In this document: positions 20,040 to 30,727 of the stretch, piece by piece | How the letters are laid out: each line of letters opens with the position of its first letter | How positions within the stretch are numbered: position 1 is the stretch's first letter | From: Eubacteriales bacterium | Lineage (GTDB): Bacteria > Bacillota > Clostridia > Oscillospirales > CAG-272 | Reading direction: 5' to 3' | Assembly: GCA_045124015.1 (NCBI GenBank) | Contig: JBGVLA010000108.1 | Coordinates: 1 to 52,471 of the forward strand | Length of the DNA stretch: 52,471 nt | Made by a program: the position numbers and the translations under genes | Notes under the pieces: generated by a model | Told to the model about the DNA's origin: nothing | The model's input: the letters and a program-made list of their open reading frames with translations, nothing else | Databases searched by the model: none

Positions 20040-20191
20040 AAGTTATCTTCCTTCAACACTTTTTTACATAGTGTCTGCGGAAAATCGTTTTTTATGCTAA
20101 GGTCATTCAAGATGACACGCGGAGGAAAACTCAAAAATAAAGTTTTATTTGTTACAACATACTACACCATACGATCTTCTCCATAACCGGT

Positions 20192-21109
20192 TCAAACAAA
20201 AAGCCTTACGACCGCAACGATGAGATAAGCACACAAGAGCATCCAAAGCGTCGGTGCGGTCAGCATATCAAAAAGCACCCAAATATGCTTATGTTTCGGG
20301 GCGCGAACGGGCGCATTTTCTTCTGTTTTTGCGCGCTCACGGAGTATTTTTTCTGCGAGATGGAGAAACAAATACAGCGAGATCCCCCAAAAAACTACAC
20401 ATAGCACGCCAAAAAGCGTTCGGCTCTCGCTTGAGATCGACATGAGCCATATATATTTTTCAAAAGTAATGGTGTAAATACCGTATGCGATATGCATAAG
20501 CATCGGTATCGCAAGATTCCCCGTTAAAAACCGAAGGATCGAAAAAAAGAGCGAGCTTACGAACACAAGCGGAAATACGGCAAACGAAAAGCTCAAAAGC
20601 GAAGCAAGAAGCGAGGACATCACGGCGCTCGTAAGCACGCCCGCCATACGATATTCATAATAGACCGCACCGCGAAACGTAAGCTCCTCCATGATCGCAG
20701 GAAGAAGCGCCACGGCAAAAAACGCAAGCAACCATTCCCCGACAGACGCGGGAAACGAAAGGACAAAGCCATACAGAGAAATTTCCCGATAATCAAATTC
20801 TCCGCCGAAAAGCGCGTATTTGATCGCCGCCGTCAAAAAGATCAACGTCAGAAAGCCCGCAAGCGCGAGAAGCAAATCTTTCTTTTTCGGCGCTCGCATG
20901 GGAAAAAGCTCCGCAAATTTCGCACCGCGCAGAAAGCAAAAAAGCAAAAGCGGAACGCCAAACGCCAAAAGCGTAAAGATCAAGACAAGCGCAGAGGTTT
21001 TCGCGCCGCCTTCGCCCTCCAAAAAGCCAAAAACGAGCAAAAGCACCAACACGGCAAGCGCCAGTGCCGGTGCCAGAAGAAACGGATTTTTTCTGTTATT
21101 TGCAGGCAT
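20192..21109 (-). CDS. CPBP/Abi-family intramembrane glutamic endopeptidase-like protein
   Basis: Highly hydrophobic, PAIMEELTFRG motif and a downstream MLMH; start after the AGAGG RBS. Confidence 0.75.
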   Translation of the reverse strand: MPANNRKNPFLLAPALALAVLVLLLVFGFLEGEGGAKTSALVLIFTLLAFGVPLLLFCFLRGAKFAELFPMRAPKKKDLLLALAGFLTLIFLTAAIKYALFGGEFDYREISLYGFVLSFPASVGEWLLAFFAVALLPAIMEELTFRGAVYYEYRMAGVLTSAVMSSLLASLLSFSFAVFPLVFVSSLFFSILRFLTGNLAIPMLMHIAYGIYTITFEKYIWLMSISSESRTLFGVLCVVFWGISLYLFLHLAEKILRERAKTEENAPVRAPKHKHIWVLFDMLTAPTLWMLLCAYLIVAVVRLFV

Positions 21110-21683
21110 AGATTCCTCTTTCGCTGACGATGACGTCCACCGTGATATCATATCTGCCGTGAGGCACGTTTTTCAAAATAAATTCCTCATACACGATGCC
21201 GATGGAGGCAGGTCTTGTTTTTCCGAAGAAGCGATCATAATAACCGCCGCCATAGCCAACGCGATATCCGCGTCTGTCATAAACGATGGCAGGAACAAGG
21301 CAAAGCACATTCTGCGTTTCCACAGAGGCGGTGTCGAACGATTCAAGCGTCGTTTTCGGTTCCATGATGCCGTATGAACCCTTTTCAAAATCCTCTTTCG
21401 AGTTCACGAAATAAAAGATCATGGAATGATCCTCCGCGTTACAGCGCGGAAACGCCACGCGTTTCCCTGCCGCAAGCGCGGCTTCCATAACGGGAAGGAT
21501 ATCCACCTCCGCTTTCATGGGATAAAACATCAAAATCACATCTGCATAACGGTAAACAGCGCTGGAAAGGATATTGCGGCAAATTTTTGCGTCTCGAGCC
21601 GCGCGCACCTCCAAAGGAAGCGCCGTGCGCTTCTCAAGATATTTTTTTCGAAGCTCGATCTTGTATTTTCTGGTTTCGTACAT
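21096..21683 (-). CDS. 5-formyltetrahydrofolate cyclo-ligase
   Basis: KIELRK, EVD, GKRVAFPR, YGIMEP, VPAIVYDRRGYRVGYGGGYYDRF. Confidence 0.94.
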   Translation of the reverse strand: MYETRKYKIELRKKYLEKRTALPLEVRAARDAKICRNILSSAVYRYADVILMFYPMKAEVDILPVMEAALAAGKRVAFPRCNAEDHSMIFYFVNSKEDFEKGSYGIMEPKTTLESFDTASVETQNVLCLVPAIVYDRRGYRVGYGGGYYDRFFGKTRPASIGIVYEEFILKNVPHGRYDITVDVIVSERGIYACK

Positions 21684-21717
21684 CTGACAAAGCCATCCCT
21701 TTCACAGTATTTCTTTC

Positions 21718-22263
21718 TCAATCGGCAATGACCGCACTGCGGAGCGAAGCTGCCTTTTCCGCGCCGAAGAGAACCTCTGCAAGCGTAAGCGAAAAATCAA
21801 GCGCCGCGCCCATGCCTGCGCCGGTAATGATGCTACCATCCACACAAACGCGCTTTCCGAGAAGTCTTGCGCCCTTGAGATAGGATTCAAAGCCGGGATA
21901 GCAGGTCGCATTCTTACCAATGAGATAACCGCGCTTGCCAAGCACGAGCGGTGCTGCACAGATCGCGGCAAGATATCCGCCCTTTTCATGAACGGCAGAA
22001 AGTGCGCGTTCCACGATCTCGCTTTCGTCAAGATGTGTCGTTCCGGGGAGTCCGCCGGGAACAACGACCATATCATAATCAAACGAAGTCAGCGCTTCGG
22101 CATCGATATCCGCGGTGATACGGATGGCATGGGAACCGATCAGCTCCTTACCGCCGACACCGGCAACGGTTACGTCAGCACCTGCGCGGCGAAGAATATC
22201 GACAACGGTAAGCGCTTCGATCTCCTCCGTTCCGTTTGCAAAAAACAAAAGTACCTTTTTCAT
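21718..22263 (-). CDS. DJ-1/PfpI-family protein (YajL/ThiJ-like glyoxalase/deglycase)
   Basis: GTEEIEA, VDILRRAG, VPGGLPG, AAICAAP, ATCYPG. Confidence 0.93.
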   Translation of the reverse strand: MKKVLLFFANGTEEIEALTVVDILRRAGADVTVAGVGGKELIGSHAIRITADIDAEALTSFDYDMVVVPGGLPGTTHLDESEIVERALSAVHEKGGYLAAICAAPLVLGKRGYLIGKNATCYPGFESYLKGARLLGKRVCVDGSIITGAGMGAALDFSLTLAEVLFGAEKAASLRSAVIAD

Positions 22264-22286
22264 CGTTTATATTTCCTTTCTTTCTA

Positions 22287-22961
22287 TCAGCCAATATCCA
22301 GAAGCTTCGTTACTTCTTCCAAGATCTTTCCCGCGATGATCTCTTGGGAAAGGGGTTTTTTACCCTCATAGCAAATGATATTGCGCCAACCAAGCTTGTC
22401 CGAGGCATATGCCGCCGCCTTATAGCAACGTTCCATATAGTCCGCGTCCAGCTCATGAATATCTTTTTTCTGTCCTGTTGCCTCGCTGCGTCCGCTGACA
22501 AGATCCATTGCGATCTCATATTTCATATCGAGATACAAAACAAGATCGGGATGCGGAATACCCAGCTTTCCATATTCAAATTCCTCGACCCAATCCAGAT
22601 AATCCGTCCAATCTCCGCGGTCAAGCTTTGCCAGCTGATGGATCTCATTGGAGGAAACGTAGCGCGTCGCAATGATGACGCTATCGGGTCTTTCATAAAA
22701 TTCTTTCCAATGCTGAACGTAAGATGCATAGCGATCCACCGCATAAAAGCTGGAAGCGGCGTATGCATTGACGTCCCCGGGCTTTTTTCCGAATGCACCG
22801 CCAAGATACATACGAACGAGCATGGAGGAATCGCTCGCATAATCGGGGAAGGAAACGACGTGAACGTCCTTTCCCTGCCCTCTCAGCTCATCCGCCAGGA
22901 TAGGAGTCTGCGTAGATTTTCCCGAGCCGTCAAGCCCTTCTATTACAATCAGTCTTCCCAT
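22287..22961 (-). CDS. tmk: Thymidylate kinase
   Basis: LIVIEGLDGSGKSTQ P-loop, SFPDY, FYAVDRY, PDLVLYLD, DIHE. Confidence 0.85.
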   Translation of the reverse strand: MGRLIVIEGLDGSGKSTQTPILADELRGQGKDVHVVSFPDYASDSSMLVRMYLGGAFGKKPGDVNAYAASSFYAVDRYASYVQHWKEFYERPDSVIIATRYVSSNEIHQLAKLDRGDWTDYLDWVEEFEYGKLGIPHPDLVLYLDMKYEIAMDLVSGRSEATGQKKDIHELDADYMERCYKAAAYASDKLGWRNIICYEGKKPLSQEIIAGKILEEVTKLLDIG

Positions 22962-23003
22962 ATATAGACTTCCTTTCTGTTACCACGAAGCGAGCGCCGT
23001 CCG

Positions 23004-26000
23004 TCAAAGATCGAACGGCGGCTCATCCTCCGCACCTGCGGCGGCTTCGCTGTCATCATGATTCATTTTCATTTCTAAATATTGCTCACGGGAGATCAGC
23101 ACCGCACGGGGCTTCTGACCCTCAGGGGGGCTGACGATACCGCGTTTTTCCATCACGTCTATGAGCTTTGCCGCTCTGCCATAGCCCAAAGACAAGCGTC
23201 TCTGGATGAGCGAAGTGGAGATCTTACCCGATTCCACGGCAAGCTCGATGGCGGCATCCAGCATCGGATCGACGTCCTCGCCGTCGTCCATTGCGGCATC
23301 GGCAGCTGCAGCAGATGCTGCCGCTTTGCCCTTTTTCTGTCCGCAAACGGCGGCATTCTTTTCGATCTCTTTGATGATATCGTCGGAATACGTCGCTTCC
23401 GTGCTCTGCGCCTTGATAAAATCGATAACATCTTCAATTTCCTTTTCGGAAACGAACGAGCCCTGAACACGGATAGGCTTGGACGAACCGACGGGCGAGA
23501 AGAGCATATCACCCTTACCGATCAGCTTCTCAGCACCCTGTGTATCGATGATGATACGGGAGTCGATCTGGTTGGAAACGGTGAAGGCGATACGAGACGG
23601 GATATTGGCCTTGATCAGACCCGTAATAACGTCTGTGGAAGGGCGCTGTGTACCGATAATGAGGTGCATACCTGCGGCACGCGCCTTCTGTGCGAGACGG
23701 CAGATCGAGGTTTCCACATCGTCGGGCGCGCTCATCATAAGATCGGCAAGCTCATCGATGATGATGACTACCTGCGGAAGCTTTTCCTTGAGCGGATCAT
23801 CCGCGATCGCCGCATTATACTGCGCAATATTACGAACGTGCTGTGCTTCGATGAGTTCAAAACGGCGTTCCATTTCCTGCACCGCCCAGTGGAGCGAGCC
23901 TGCCGCCTTTTTCGGATCGAATACGACAGGAACAAGCAAATGCGGAAGTCCGTTATACACGTTCAGCTCGACCTTTTTCGGGTCGATGAGGATAAGCTTG
24001 ACTTCGTCGGGGCGTGCCTTATAGAGAAGGCTGATGATCAAGCTATTGATACAAACGGATTTACCCTGACCTGTCGCACCCGCGATGAGAAGGTGGGGCA
24101 TTTTGGCAATATCCAGATAAACGGGAGCACCCGAAACGTCCATACCGAGAGAAGCGGTCAGCTTGCTCTTTGCCGATTCAAAACGGCTGTCCTCGATCAG
24201 CTCGCGGACAAAAACGGTATTGGTCTTCTTATTCGGTACTTCGATACCGATCGCACTCTTACCCGAAATGATACCGTCGCTTCGTACGCCGCTCGTGGCA
24301 AGGGAAAGCGCGATATCGTCAAGCAGATTGATGATGGAGCGCACGCGCGTACCGGGCGCAGGCTCGATCTCATAACGAGTGATCGTCGGACCGCGGGAAA
24401 CGTTGGAAATACCGACGCGAACGTTGAAGCTATCCAGCGTTTGAATGATCCTATCTGCGTTTTCTCGAAGCTCGGCAGAAACGTCTCCGCCTTTATCCAC
24501 CTGCGGCTTTGCCAAAAGATCGATGGGCGGGAATTCATATTCTCGAGGCTTCGGAATATCGTCAACGGTATCCTCATCCGCCTCAGTCGAAGGAGCGGGA
24601 ACGCTCATTTCAGGCGGACGAATGGAAATCACATCCGACACGGGAGCTGGCTCGGGCTTTGTGGGCGGAACAATCTGAATCGGTGCCTCCGCAGGCGTCT
24701 GCTCTGCTTTTTTCGGTTCTGTATATACGGGGGCAGGACGCGCCTTGGGTGCCTCCTCGACCGCCGTTTTTTCCACAGGCGCGGATCGATACATCGGCTC
24801 ATACGCCTTCTTTTCCTCCGCGACGGGCGCGGACGTAGTTTGCGGCTCTGTTTTTGTCTTTTTCACAGGAATGAGATATTGCATATCTTCATCCGCATCG
24901 ATCTCATCGGGAGAAACGAATGCAGTACCCGAAAGTGGTTTTTCTCCGGGCTTGAGCTCCATATGTGCTTCGGTTTGATATGCTTCTGCTTCTTCATCCG
25001 TTTTTGCGCCATGGGCATAGCGGGAAAGAACCTCTTCATCCTTCTTTTGATCAAAGATCGACTCGAGAGAGACCTTTTCCTCTTCGGGTTCGATCACGCT
25101 CACGGGGCGAAGCTTTTCCTTTTTTGATACAGGTGCAGGTGCCTCTTCCTCGAAAGCAGAGTCTTTCTCGAAAGCAGGCTCGGTGGGATCGTTTCCGAAT
25201 GCGGCATCATCCGCAAAGATATCTCGGTCGATATTATCTGCACGTTTTTTGGTGTTTTGGGTATTCGTTTCGGCTTTTTTGCGATTATCCGCCGCTCTTT
25301 TCGCGGCTTCGTATGCCTTTTGCTCTGCCCTTGCGCGCGCTTCGGCTTCTCTTTCCTGCTTTTCGCGCTCCTCACGCTTGGCATCGCGTTCGTCCTTTCG
25401 CGCTCTTTGTGCCGCACGATTTCTTTGACGATAGAAGCGGTATCTCTGCAAGCACTCGATGGGGGTAAGTCCGAAAAGCGCCATCGCAAAGCCGATCAAA
25501 AACAAGCTTCCGAATAAGATCGTTCCCGGATAACCAAAGGCACAGATCAGCGCACTCGCAAGCAGACCGCCAAAAAAGCCGCCGCCATGATAGTCAACGC
25601 CATCGGTAAAGAAGCCCTTGATCGAATGCCAAGTGAATGCCATCTCCACCGTAGATTTCGGAACGTCCGCCGCGATGCAATAGATCGTATGCACCATGAC
25701 GGAGGAAAAAAGCAAAACGAAGATCGCTACGAGATATTTGAATTTGACGGCGCCGGAGAGCACATCGCGGCGCCAGAACAAGGCAATCTGCAAGAGCAAA
25801 AACGGCACGAGAAACGCCGCCGCGCCAAAAAGCCCGAAAAGGCAATAGTTGATGGCGTATCCGATAATACCGACATCATCACGAAATGCATAACAGATGC
25901 CGATAAAGATCGAAAACACGATCAAAAGCACCATTGCAAGCTGATTGCCGACGGACGAAGGGTTTGGCTCCTTCTTTTCCTTCTTCTTTTTTTCGGATGC

Positions 26001-26207
26001 AGGAGGCGGAACCGCTTTCGTCTGCTCCTTCGGCTGTTCCTTTGCAGTCTTGCTTCGGGAAGACGTTTTCTTTTTCTCCTCCGTATGCATCTGCTCCGCA
26101 TCGTTTACCGTCTTTTTCTTTTTTGCGGTGGTCGTTTTTTCGCCGCTCGCACCGCCTGCGGCGTTTTCACGGGGCTCCCCCGTTCTTTTCTTTTTTTCTT
26201 CCGACAC
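23004..26207 (-). CDS. ftsK: DNA translocase FtsK/SpoIIIE
   Basis: N-terminal TMs, long linker, MPHLLIAGATGQGKS, IIIDELADLM, RLAQKARAAG, gamma domain STSLIQRRLSLGYGRAAK; start uncertain (GTG 26207 or ATG 26258). Confidence 0.96.
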   Translation of the reverse strand: MSEEKKKRTGEPRENAAGGASGEKTTTAKKKKTVNDAEQMHTEEKKKTSSRSKTAKEQPKEQTKAVPPPASEKKKKEKKEPNPSSVGNQLAMVLLIVFSIFIGICYAFRDDVGIIGYAINYCLFGLFGAAAFLVPFLLLQIALFWRRDVLSGAVKFKYLVAIFVLLFSSVMVHTIYCIAADVPKSTVEMAFTWHSIKGFFTDGVDYHGGGFFGGLLASALICAFGYPGTILFGSLFLIGFAMALFGLTPIECLQRYRFYRQRNRAAQRARKDERDAKREEREKQEREAEARARAEQKAYEAAKRAADNRKKAETNTQNTKKRADNIDRDIFADDAAFGNDPTEPAFEKDSAFEEEAPAPVSKKEKLRPVSVIEPEEEKVSLESIFDQKKDEEVLSRYAHGAKTDEEAEAYQTEAHMELKPGEKPLSGTAFVSPDEIDADEDMQYLIPVKKTKTEPQTTSAPVAEEKKAYEPMYRSAPVEKTAVEEAPKARPAPVYTEPKKAEQTPAEAPIQIVPPTKPEPAPVSDVISIRPPEMSVPAPSTEADEDTVDDIPKPREYEFPPIDLLAKPQVDKGGDVSAELRENADRIIQTLDSFNVRVGISNVSRGPTITRYEIEPAPGTRVRSIINLLDDIALSLATSGVRSDGIISGKSAIGIEVPNKKTNTVFVRELIEDSRFESAKSKLTASLGMDVSGAPVYLDIAKMPHLLIAGATGQGKSVCINSLIISLLYKARPDEVKLILIDPKKVELNVYNGLPHLLVPVVFDPKKAAGSLHWAVQEMERRFELIEAQHVRNIAQYNAAIADDPLKEKLPQVVIIIDELADLMMSAPDDVETSICRLAQKARAAGMHLIIGTQRPSTDVITGLIKANIPSRIAFTVSNQIDSRIIIDTQGAEKLIGKGDMLFSPVGSSKPIRVQGSFVSEKEIEDVIDFIKAQSTEATYSDDIIKEIEKNAAVCGQKKGKAAASAAAADAAMDDGEDVDPMLDAAIELAVESGKISTSLIQRRLSLGYGRAAKLIDVMEKRGIVSPPEGQKPRAVLISREQYLEMKMNHDDSEAAAGAEDEPPFDL

Positions 26208-26250
26208 TTTCTTTTTCCTCTTCCTTACAAATACTCTACGGCAAAGCGCT

Positions 26251-27072
26251 TCACGCAAGCATCACAGCAAAAAGCCCTGCCGCCATACAATAATATGCAA
26301 AAAAACCGAATCTCGATTTTTTGGATATGTAAAGCAAAAATTTCATCGCGCAAAATCCCGAAAGCATGGCGACCGCCATTCCGATCAGATAGTATCCCAC
26401 CTCTGCGCTTGCAATAGGCGTGCCAATTACATCGGGAACGCTCATCACGTTCGCGCCGAGGATGGCGGGAACAGACAGGATGAACGAAAACTTGACCGCA
26501 TCCTCGCGGGAAAGACCAACAAGCATCCCGCCGGATATCGTGGAGCCGGAGCGAGATATGCCGGGGAACGTTGCCGCAAGCTGAAAAACACCGATGCCAA
26601 GCGCACAAAGCGGCGATAGCTCTCGTTTTTGCATATATCCCGTCATACGGTCCGAAAGAAGCAATACGATACCGTTCACGGCAAGCAGCGCACCAACGAT
26701 CTTAGGATAAGCGGAGAGCATCTCCACCTGATCCTTCCAAAGCATCGCCGCCGCAAGGGGCAGCGTTGCCACGATCAAAAAAAGTACAAAGCGTTCATTT
26801 TTTGACCACGATGAAATATGGATCCTTCCGCGTACGAGCTTAGCTGACATCGTAAAAAATGCAGGCACGAGCGAAAAGATCTCTTTATGATAAAACACGA
26901 AGACGACGATCAGCGTTCCGAGATGCAAAAGCAGATCGAACGCAAGACAGCCCTCAGGCGTTCCCACATGAAAAAAGGAGTGGGCAAGCGCCAGATGACC
27001 CGAGCTTGATATCGGCAAAAACTCCGCAAGCCCCTGAATGACACCGCACACGACGGCTTCCGTCAAAGTCAT
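26251..27072 (-). CDS. uppP: Undecaprenyl-diphosphate phosphatase
   Basis: GVIQGLAEFLPISSSGHL, LHLGT, PGISRSGSTI, FSFILSVPAI; GGAGG RBS before 27072. Confidence 0.95.
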   Translation of the reverse strand: MTLTEAVVCGVIQGLAEFLPISSSGHLALAHSFFHVGTPEGCLAFDLLLHLGTLIVVFVFYHKEIFSLVPAFFTMSAKLVRGRIHISSWSKNERFVLFLIVATLPLAAAMLWKDQVEMLSAYPKIVGALLAVNGIVLLLSDRMTGYMQKRELSPLCALGIGVFQLAATFPGISRSGSTISGGMLVGLSREDAVKFSFILSVPAILGANVMSVPDVIGTPIASAEVGYYLIGMAVAMLSGFCAMKFLLYISKKSRFGFFAYYCMAAGLFAVMLA

Positions 27073-27254
27073 GTATTTCCTCCGTTTTCGCTTTGCTCCG
27101 ACGTATAGTTTGGCGATAAACGGCACAAATTATAGATCAGAAGCCAAGCATATGGTTTCACGTTTGATTTCGGTTCAGACCCAAACAAAACAATTACCCC
27201 ATATTAAAATTATTATATCACACAAATTTCAAAATTACAAGAATTTATCTCCAC

Positions 27255-27647
27255 ATGAATCCATTTCCCAAAAAATTTTTTTCCTTCTTTTTGCCGGTCA
27301 TCTCGCTCTCTCTTCTCGCAGGCGTTGTCGGCGGACTTTTCGGAACGGGCGGCGGCATCCTCATCGTCTTTCTTTTTTCACGCGTTTGCAAAGATTCCGA
27401 CGAATTTGACCGCAAGGATCTTTTTGCCATGACGGTCATGACCGTTGCCATCATGTCGCTTTCCTCGCTGTTTTTATATATGAAAAACGGCGCCGTTTCC
27501 TTCTCCGATATTTCTCCAACGCTTCTGCCCGCCGCCATCGGCGGTCTTTGCGGTGCTTTTTTGCTCGATAAGATCAACACCACATGGCTGAATCGCATTT
27601 TTGCCGTTTTGATCATTTACGCAGGTGCAACGCTGATCTTTCGGTGA
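27255..27647 (+). CDS. TauE/SafE sulfite-exporter-family half protein
   Basis: AGVVGGLFGTGGGILIV, GGLCGAFLL, FAVLIIYAG. Confidence 0.8.
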   Translation: MNPFPKKFFSFFLPVISLSLLAGVVGGLFGTGGGILIVFLFSRVCKDSDEFDRKDLFAMTVMTVAIMSLSSLFLYMKNGAVSFSDISPTLLPAAIGGLCGAFLLDKINTTWLNRIFAVLIIYAGATLIFR

Positions 27648-27709
27648 ATACAGAAAAAAATGCGTATTCGTCGTTTTTTGAAAAACAACAAAACTATACG
27701 GAGACCTTC

Positions 27710-28069
27710 ATGCCTATCCTTGATTTTCTCGTCGCCGTCTTCACAGCCACCCTCTCGGGCACGGGGATCGGAGGCGGCGGACTTTACGTCATCTATCTGA
27801 CGCTTGCGCGGAACGTACCCCAGCTCACCGCACAAGGCATCAATCTTGCGTTCTTCATCGCAGGCGCACTTTCATCCATGCTGATCCATTTGAGAAAACG
27901 CCGATTTTCCTTTCGCCTCGTTTTGCTCGCCGGCGTTTTGGGGGCGATCGGGTCGCTTTTCGGCGCTTTCCTCGCAAATCGTCTGGATACCGTTTTGCTT
28001 TCCAAAATCTTTGGCGGTCTGCTCGTTCTCTGCGGACTTCGCACACTTTTCTCGAAGGTCAAAAAATAG
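27710..28069 (+). CDS. TauE/SafE sulfite-exporter-family half protein
   Basis: LSGTGIGGGGL, QLTAQGINL, GSLFGAFLA, LSKIFG; GGAG RBS before 27710. Confidence 0.82.
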   Translation: MPILDFLVAVFTATLSGTGIGGGGLYVIYLTLARNVPQLTAQGINLAFFIAGALSSMLIHLRKRRFSFRLVLLAGVLGAIGSLFGAFLANRLDTVLLSKIFGGLLVLCGLRTLFSKVKK

Positions 28070-28208
28070 TTACAAATTCAGCGCGAAGAAGTCCTTTCTA
28101 CATCTTGAAAAATCGCTTTTCCTGTGATATACTGAATATGTATATATTCAAAAACAGAAATTGACGCAAATGTAATTGTCTATAAAAATCAGAAAGGACT
28201 TTTCATTT

Positions 28209-30683
28209 ATGAAAAAATCTTACCGTATCATCGGTGCCCTTGCCGCCGCAACGATCGCAGCCGCTTCCCTCGCGCTTTCGGGCTGTAACGATGCAGGCGA
28301 ACCCAACGAAGAGGTCTCCATCGATACCGAGGGTCAAATTTACCTCAGCGACAACTCCCTTTTTAGCTATACACTGAACAAAAATGACGGTACCGCAACG
28401 CTCGTTTCATACAACGGCGATGCCGCAAGCGTTATTTTGAACCGCATCGACGGCAGATATACGATCAGCGCGATCGCAGAAGGTGCGTTCGCAGGCAACC
28501 AAAATCTCACCAAGATCGAGTTGGGCGAGGATATCCGCGCGATCGGCGAAGGTGCTTTTTACGGCTGTATCAAGCTTGAGACCGTCGTTTTCCGCGGAAA
28601 ATCCAAGCTGCAGCTCATCGAAAACAACGCCTTTGAATCCTGCGTCAAGCTGAAAACCTTTGCGATCCCCGCTTCTCTCAAGACCATCGGCGCCGAAGCC
28701 TTTCTCGATTGCACCTCCGCTACGATCGACTTCTCTGAGGCAACAGGACTTACGACCATCGGTGAATATGCGTTCTCCTTCTGCGGCACGGCATCCGCAT
28801 CCGAGCTCACCGTAACCCTGCCCGAAAATCTTTCCGACATCGGCACAGGTGCTTTCTACGGCTCCACCAATATCGGTGCCTTCAACGTTTCGGAACACAA
28901 TCCCAATTATTCCGCAAAAGACGGTATTCTTTATAACAAATCGGGAGACACCTTGGTTCTCTATCCCGCGGCGCTCGGCATCGGAGAAGAATTCACCGTT
29001 CCCGAAGGCGTAAAAACGATCTCAGGCGGTGCTTTCGCGGGCGCTGGCATCACCGGCATCACCCTTCCCGAAGGCTTCACCGCCATCGGCGGAAGCGCAT
29101 TTTACGATGCGTATGCACTGAAATCCGTTTCCATTCCCGAGTCCATCGAATCCATCGGCAGCTTTGCTTTCTTGGATTGCTCGGCGCTGAAGGAGATCTC
29201 CATCCCCGACGGCACTGCACTCGGCTCTTATATCTTCCGTGCTTGCTCGGCGCTTGAAAGCGTAAAGCTTCCCGCAGATCTCACCGAGATCCCTGACGGA
29301 CTTTTCGACTCCTGCGCAAAGCTTGCGACTGTCGACATCCCCAAGGGCGTTACCGAGATCGGTCAGTTTGCATTCAACTACTGCACCTCTCTTACCGAGA
29401 TCGATGTTCCCAAAACCGTTCGCACCATCAAGAGCTACGCGTTCCGTAACTGTGCATCGCTGAAAACGATCGACGTTTCTACGGCAACGACGATCGGCGA
29501 TTTCGCTTTCCAATACTGCGCGAAGCTCGAATCTGCTGATATCAGCGGCATTTCTGAGATCCCCGCGTATATGTTTGAAAGCGCGGCGCTCCTTTCCGAC
29601 GTCAAGATTTCCGACTCCATTACGCAGATCGGCAACTATGCATTCTTCGGATGCGATCATCTGGCAAGCTTTTCGATCCCGCAAAGCACGACCGCCATTG
29701 GTGATTTTGCGTTTGGCAAGTGCCTTGGTCTGAACACGATCACCATTCCTGCATCGGTAACCACACTGGGAGACGGTGTCTTCTATTCGTCCGGCATCGC
29801 AAGCGCTGTTATCGAAGCAAAGATCCAAACGCTTCCTGCGTCTTTCTTTGATAGCTGCAAAAAGCTCTCTTCTCTGACCCTTCCTGCTTCTCTTGAAAAT
29901 ATCGGCATGGGTGCTTTTGCTGAATGTGTCATCCTCAAGAACATTCCCTTTGCCGCCCCCATCAAGCACGTCGGCGACGGTGCCTTTACAGGCTGTCGTT
30001 CGCTCGAAAATATCATCATCGGAACCGAAGATACCGTCATCGGCGCAGGCACCTTCTACGGATGCGATGCGCTGACCGACATCGTCATTCCCGAAGGCAT
30101 CACCACCATCGGTGCATCCGCCTTTGCAAACTGCGTCTATATGGAATCGGTATCCTTCCCCACCACGCTCAAAACCATTGAAAGCGGTGCATTCTCCGCT
30201 TGTGCGAAAATTGCACGCGCCAACCTTCCCGAAGGACTCACGGTCATCGGCGATGCCGCGTTCTCTGCTTGCACCAAGCTTACGAAAATAGACATTCCGC
30301 AAACGGTTATTTTTGTTGGCGAGGGCGCTTTCACAGGCACACAATGGCTCCGCAGTAACAAGGATGATTTCCTCGTCGTCGGAGACGGCGTGCTCATCCA
30401 ATATACCGGAAATGCAACCAACATCATCATTCCGAGCACAGTCAAGCGCATTCCCGATTTCCGCTTCGCAAGCCTCAAGACCGAGCCGACCTCGATCACC
30501 ATTCCCGAAAGCGTGGAATACATCGGCAAGCAAGCCTTCGTCAAGCTCGTATCTTCGACAGACTCCTCCGGCAACGCTACGACCTCTTATAAACAGCGAT
30601 ATATCAAGATCATCGGTGTCAAGGGCTCTTATGCTGAAACCTATGCGAGATATGAATATTATACGTTTGAAGAACTCAAATAA
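28209..30683 (+). CDS. BspA-type leucine-rich-repeat (LRR_5) surface lipoprotein
   Basis: Signal peptide with lipobox LSGC; many IGxxAFxxCxxLxxIxIP repeats. Confidence 0.92.
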   Translation: MKKSYRIIGALAAATIAAASLALSGCNDAGEPNEEVSIDTEGQIYLSDNSLFSYTLNKNDGTATLVSYNGDAASVILNRIDGRYTISAIAEGAFAGNQNLTKIELGEDIRAIGEGAFYGCIKLETVVFRGKSKLQLIENNAFESCVKLKTFAIPASLKTIGAEAFLDCTSATIDFSEATGLTTIGEYAFSFCGTASASELTVTLPENLSDIGTGAFYGSTNIGAFNVSEHNPNYSAKDGILYNKSGDTLVLYPAALGIGEEFTVPEGVKTISGGAFAGAGITGITLPEGFTAIGGSAFYDAYALKSVSIPESIESIGSFAFLDCSALKEISIPDGTALGSYIFRACSALESVKLPADLTEIPDGLFDSCAKLATVDIPKGVTEIGQFAFNYCTSLTEIDVPKTVRTIKSYAFRNCASLKTIDVSTATTIGDFAFQYCAKLESADISGISEIPAYMFESAALLSDVKISDSITQIGNYAFFGCDHLASFSIPQSTTAIGDFAFGKCLGLNTITIPASVTTLGDGVFYSSGIASAVIEAKIQTLPASFFDSCKKLSSLTLPASLENIGMGAFAECVILKNIPFAAPIKHVGDGAFTGCRSLENIIIGTEDTVIGAGTFYGCDALTDIVIPEGITTIGASAFANCVYMESVSFPTTLKTIESGAFSACAKIARANLPEGLTVIGDAAFSACTKLTKIDIPQTVIFVGEGAFTGTQWLRSNKDDFLVVGDGVLIQYTGNATNIIIPSTVKRIPDFRFASLKTEPTSITIPESVEYIGKQAFVKLVSSTDSSGNATTSYKQRYIKIIGVKGSYAETYARYEYYTFEELK

Positions 30684-30727
30684 TGTAAGACAGTAAGACT
30701 GATTTTACACAAATTTTCAGAAATCAT

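Noticed and set aside
20070-20097. Sporulation sigma-E-like promoter (GCATA-N15-CAGACACT) upstream of mltG
   Set aside because: A short degenerate match that cannot be distinguished from chance without TSS data.
21684-21717. 6S RNA upstream of 5-formyl-THF cyclo-ligase
   Set aside because: The intergenic space is only ~34 bp.
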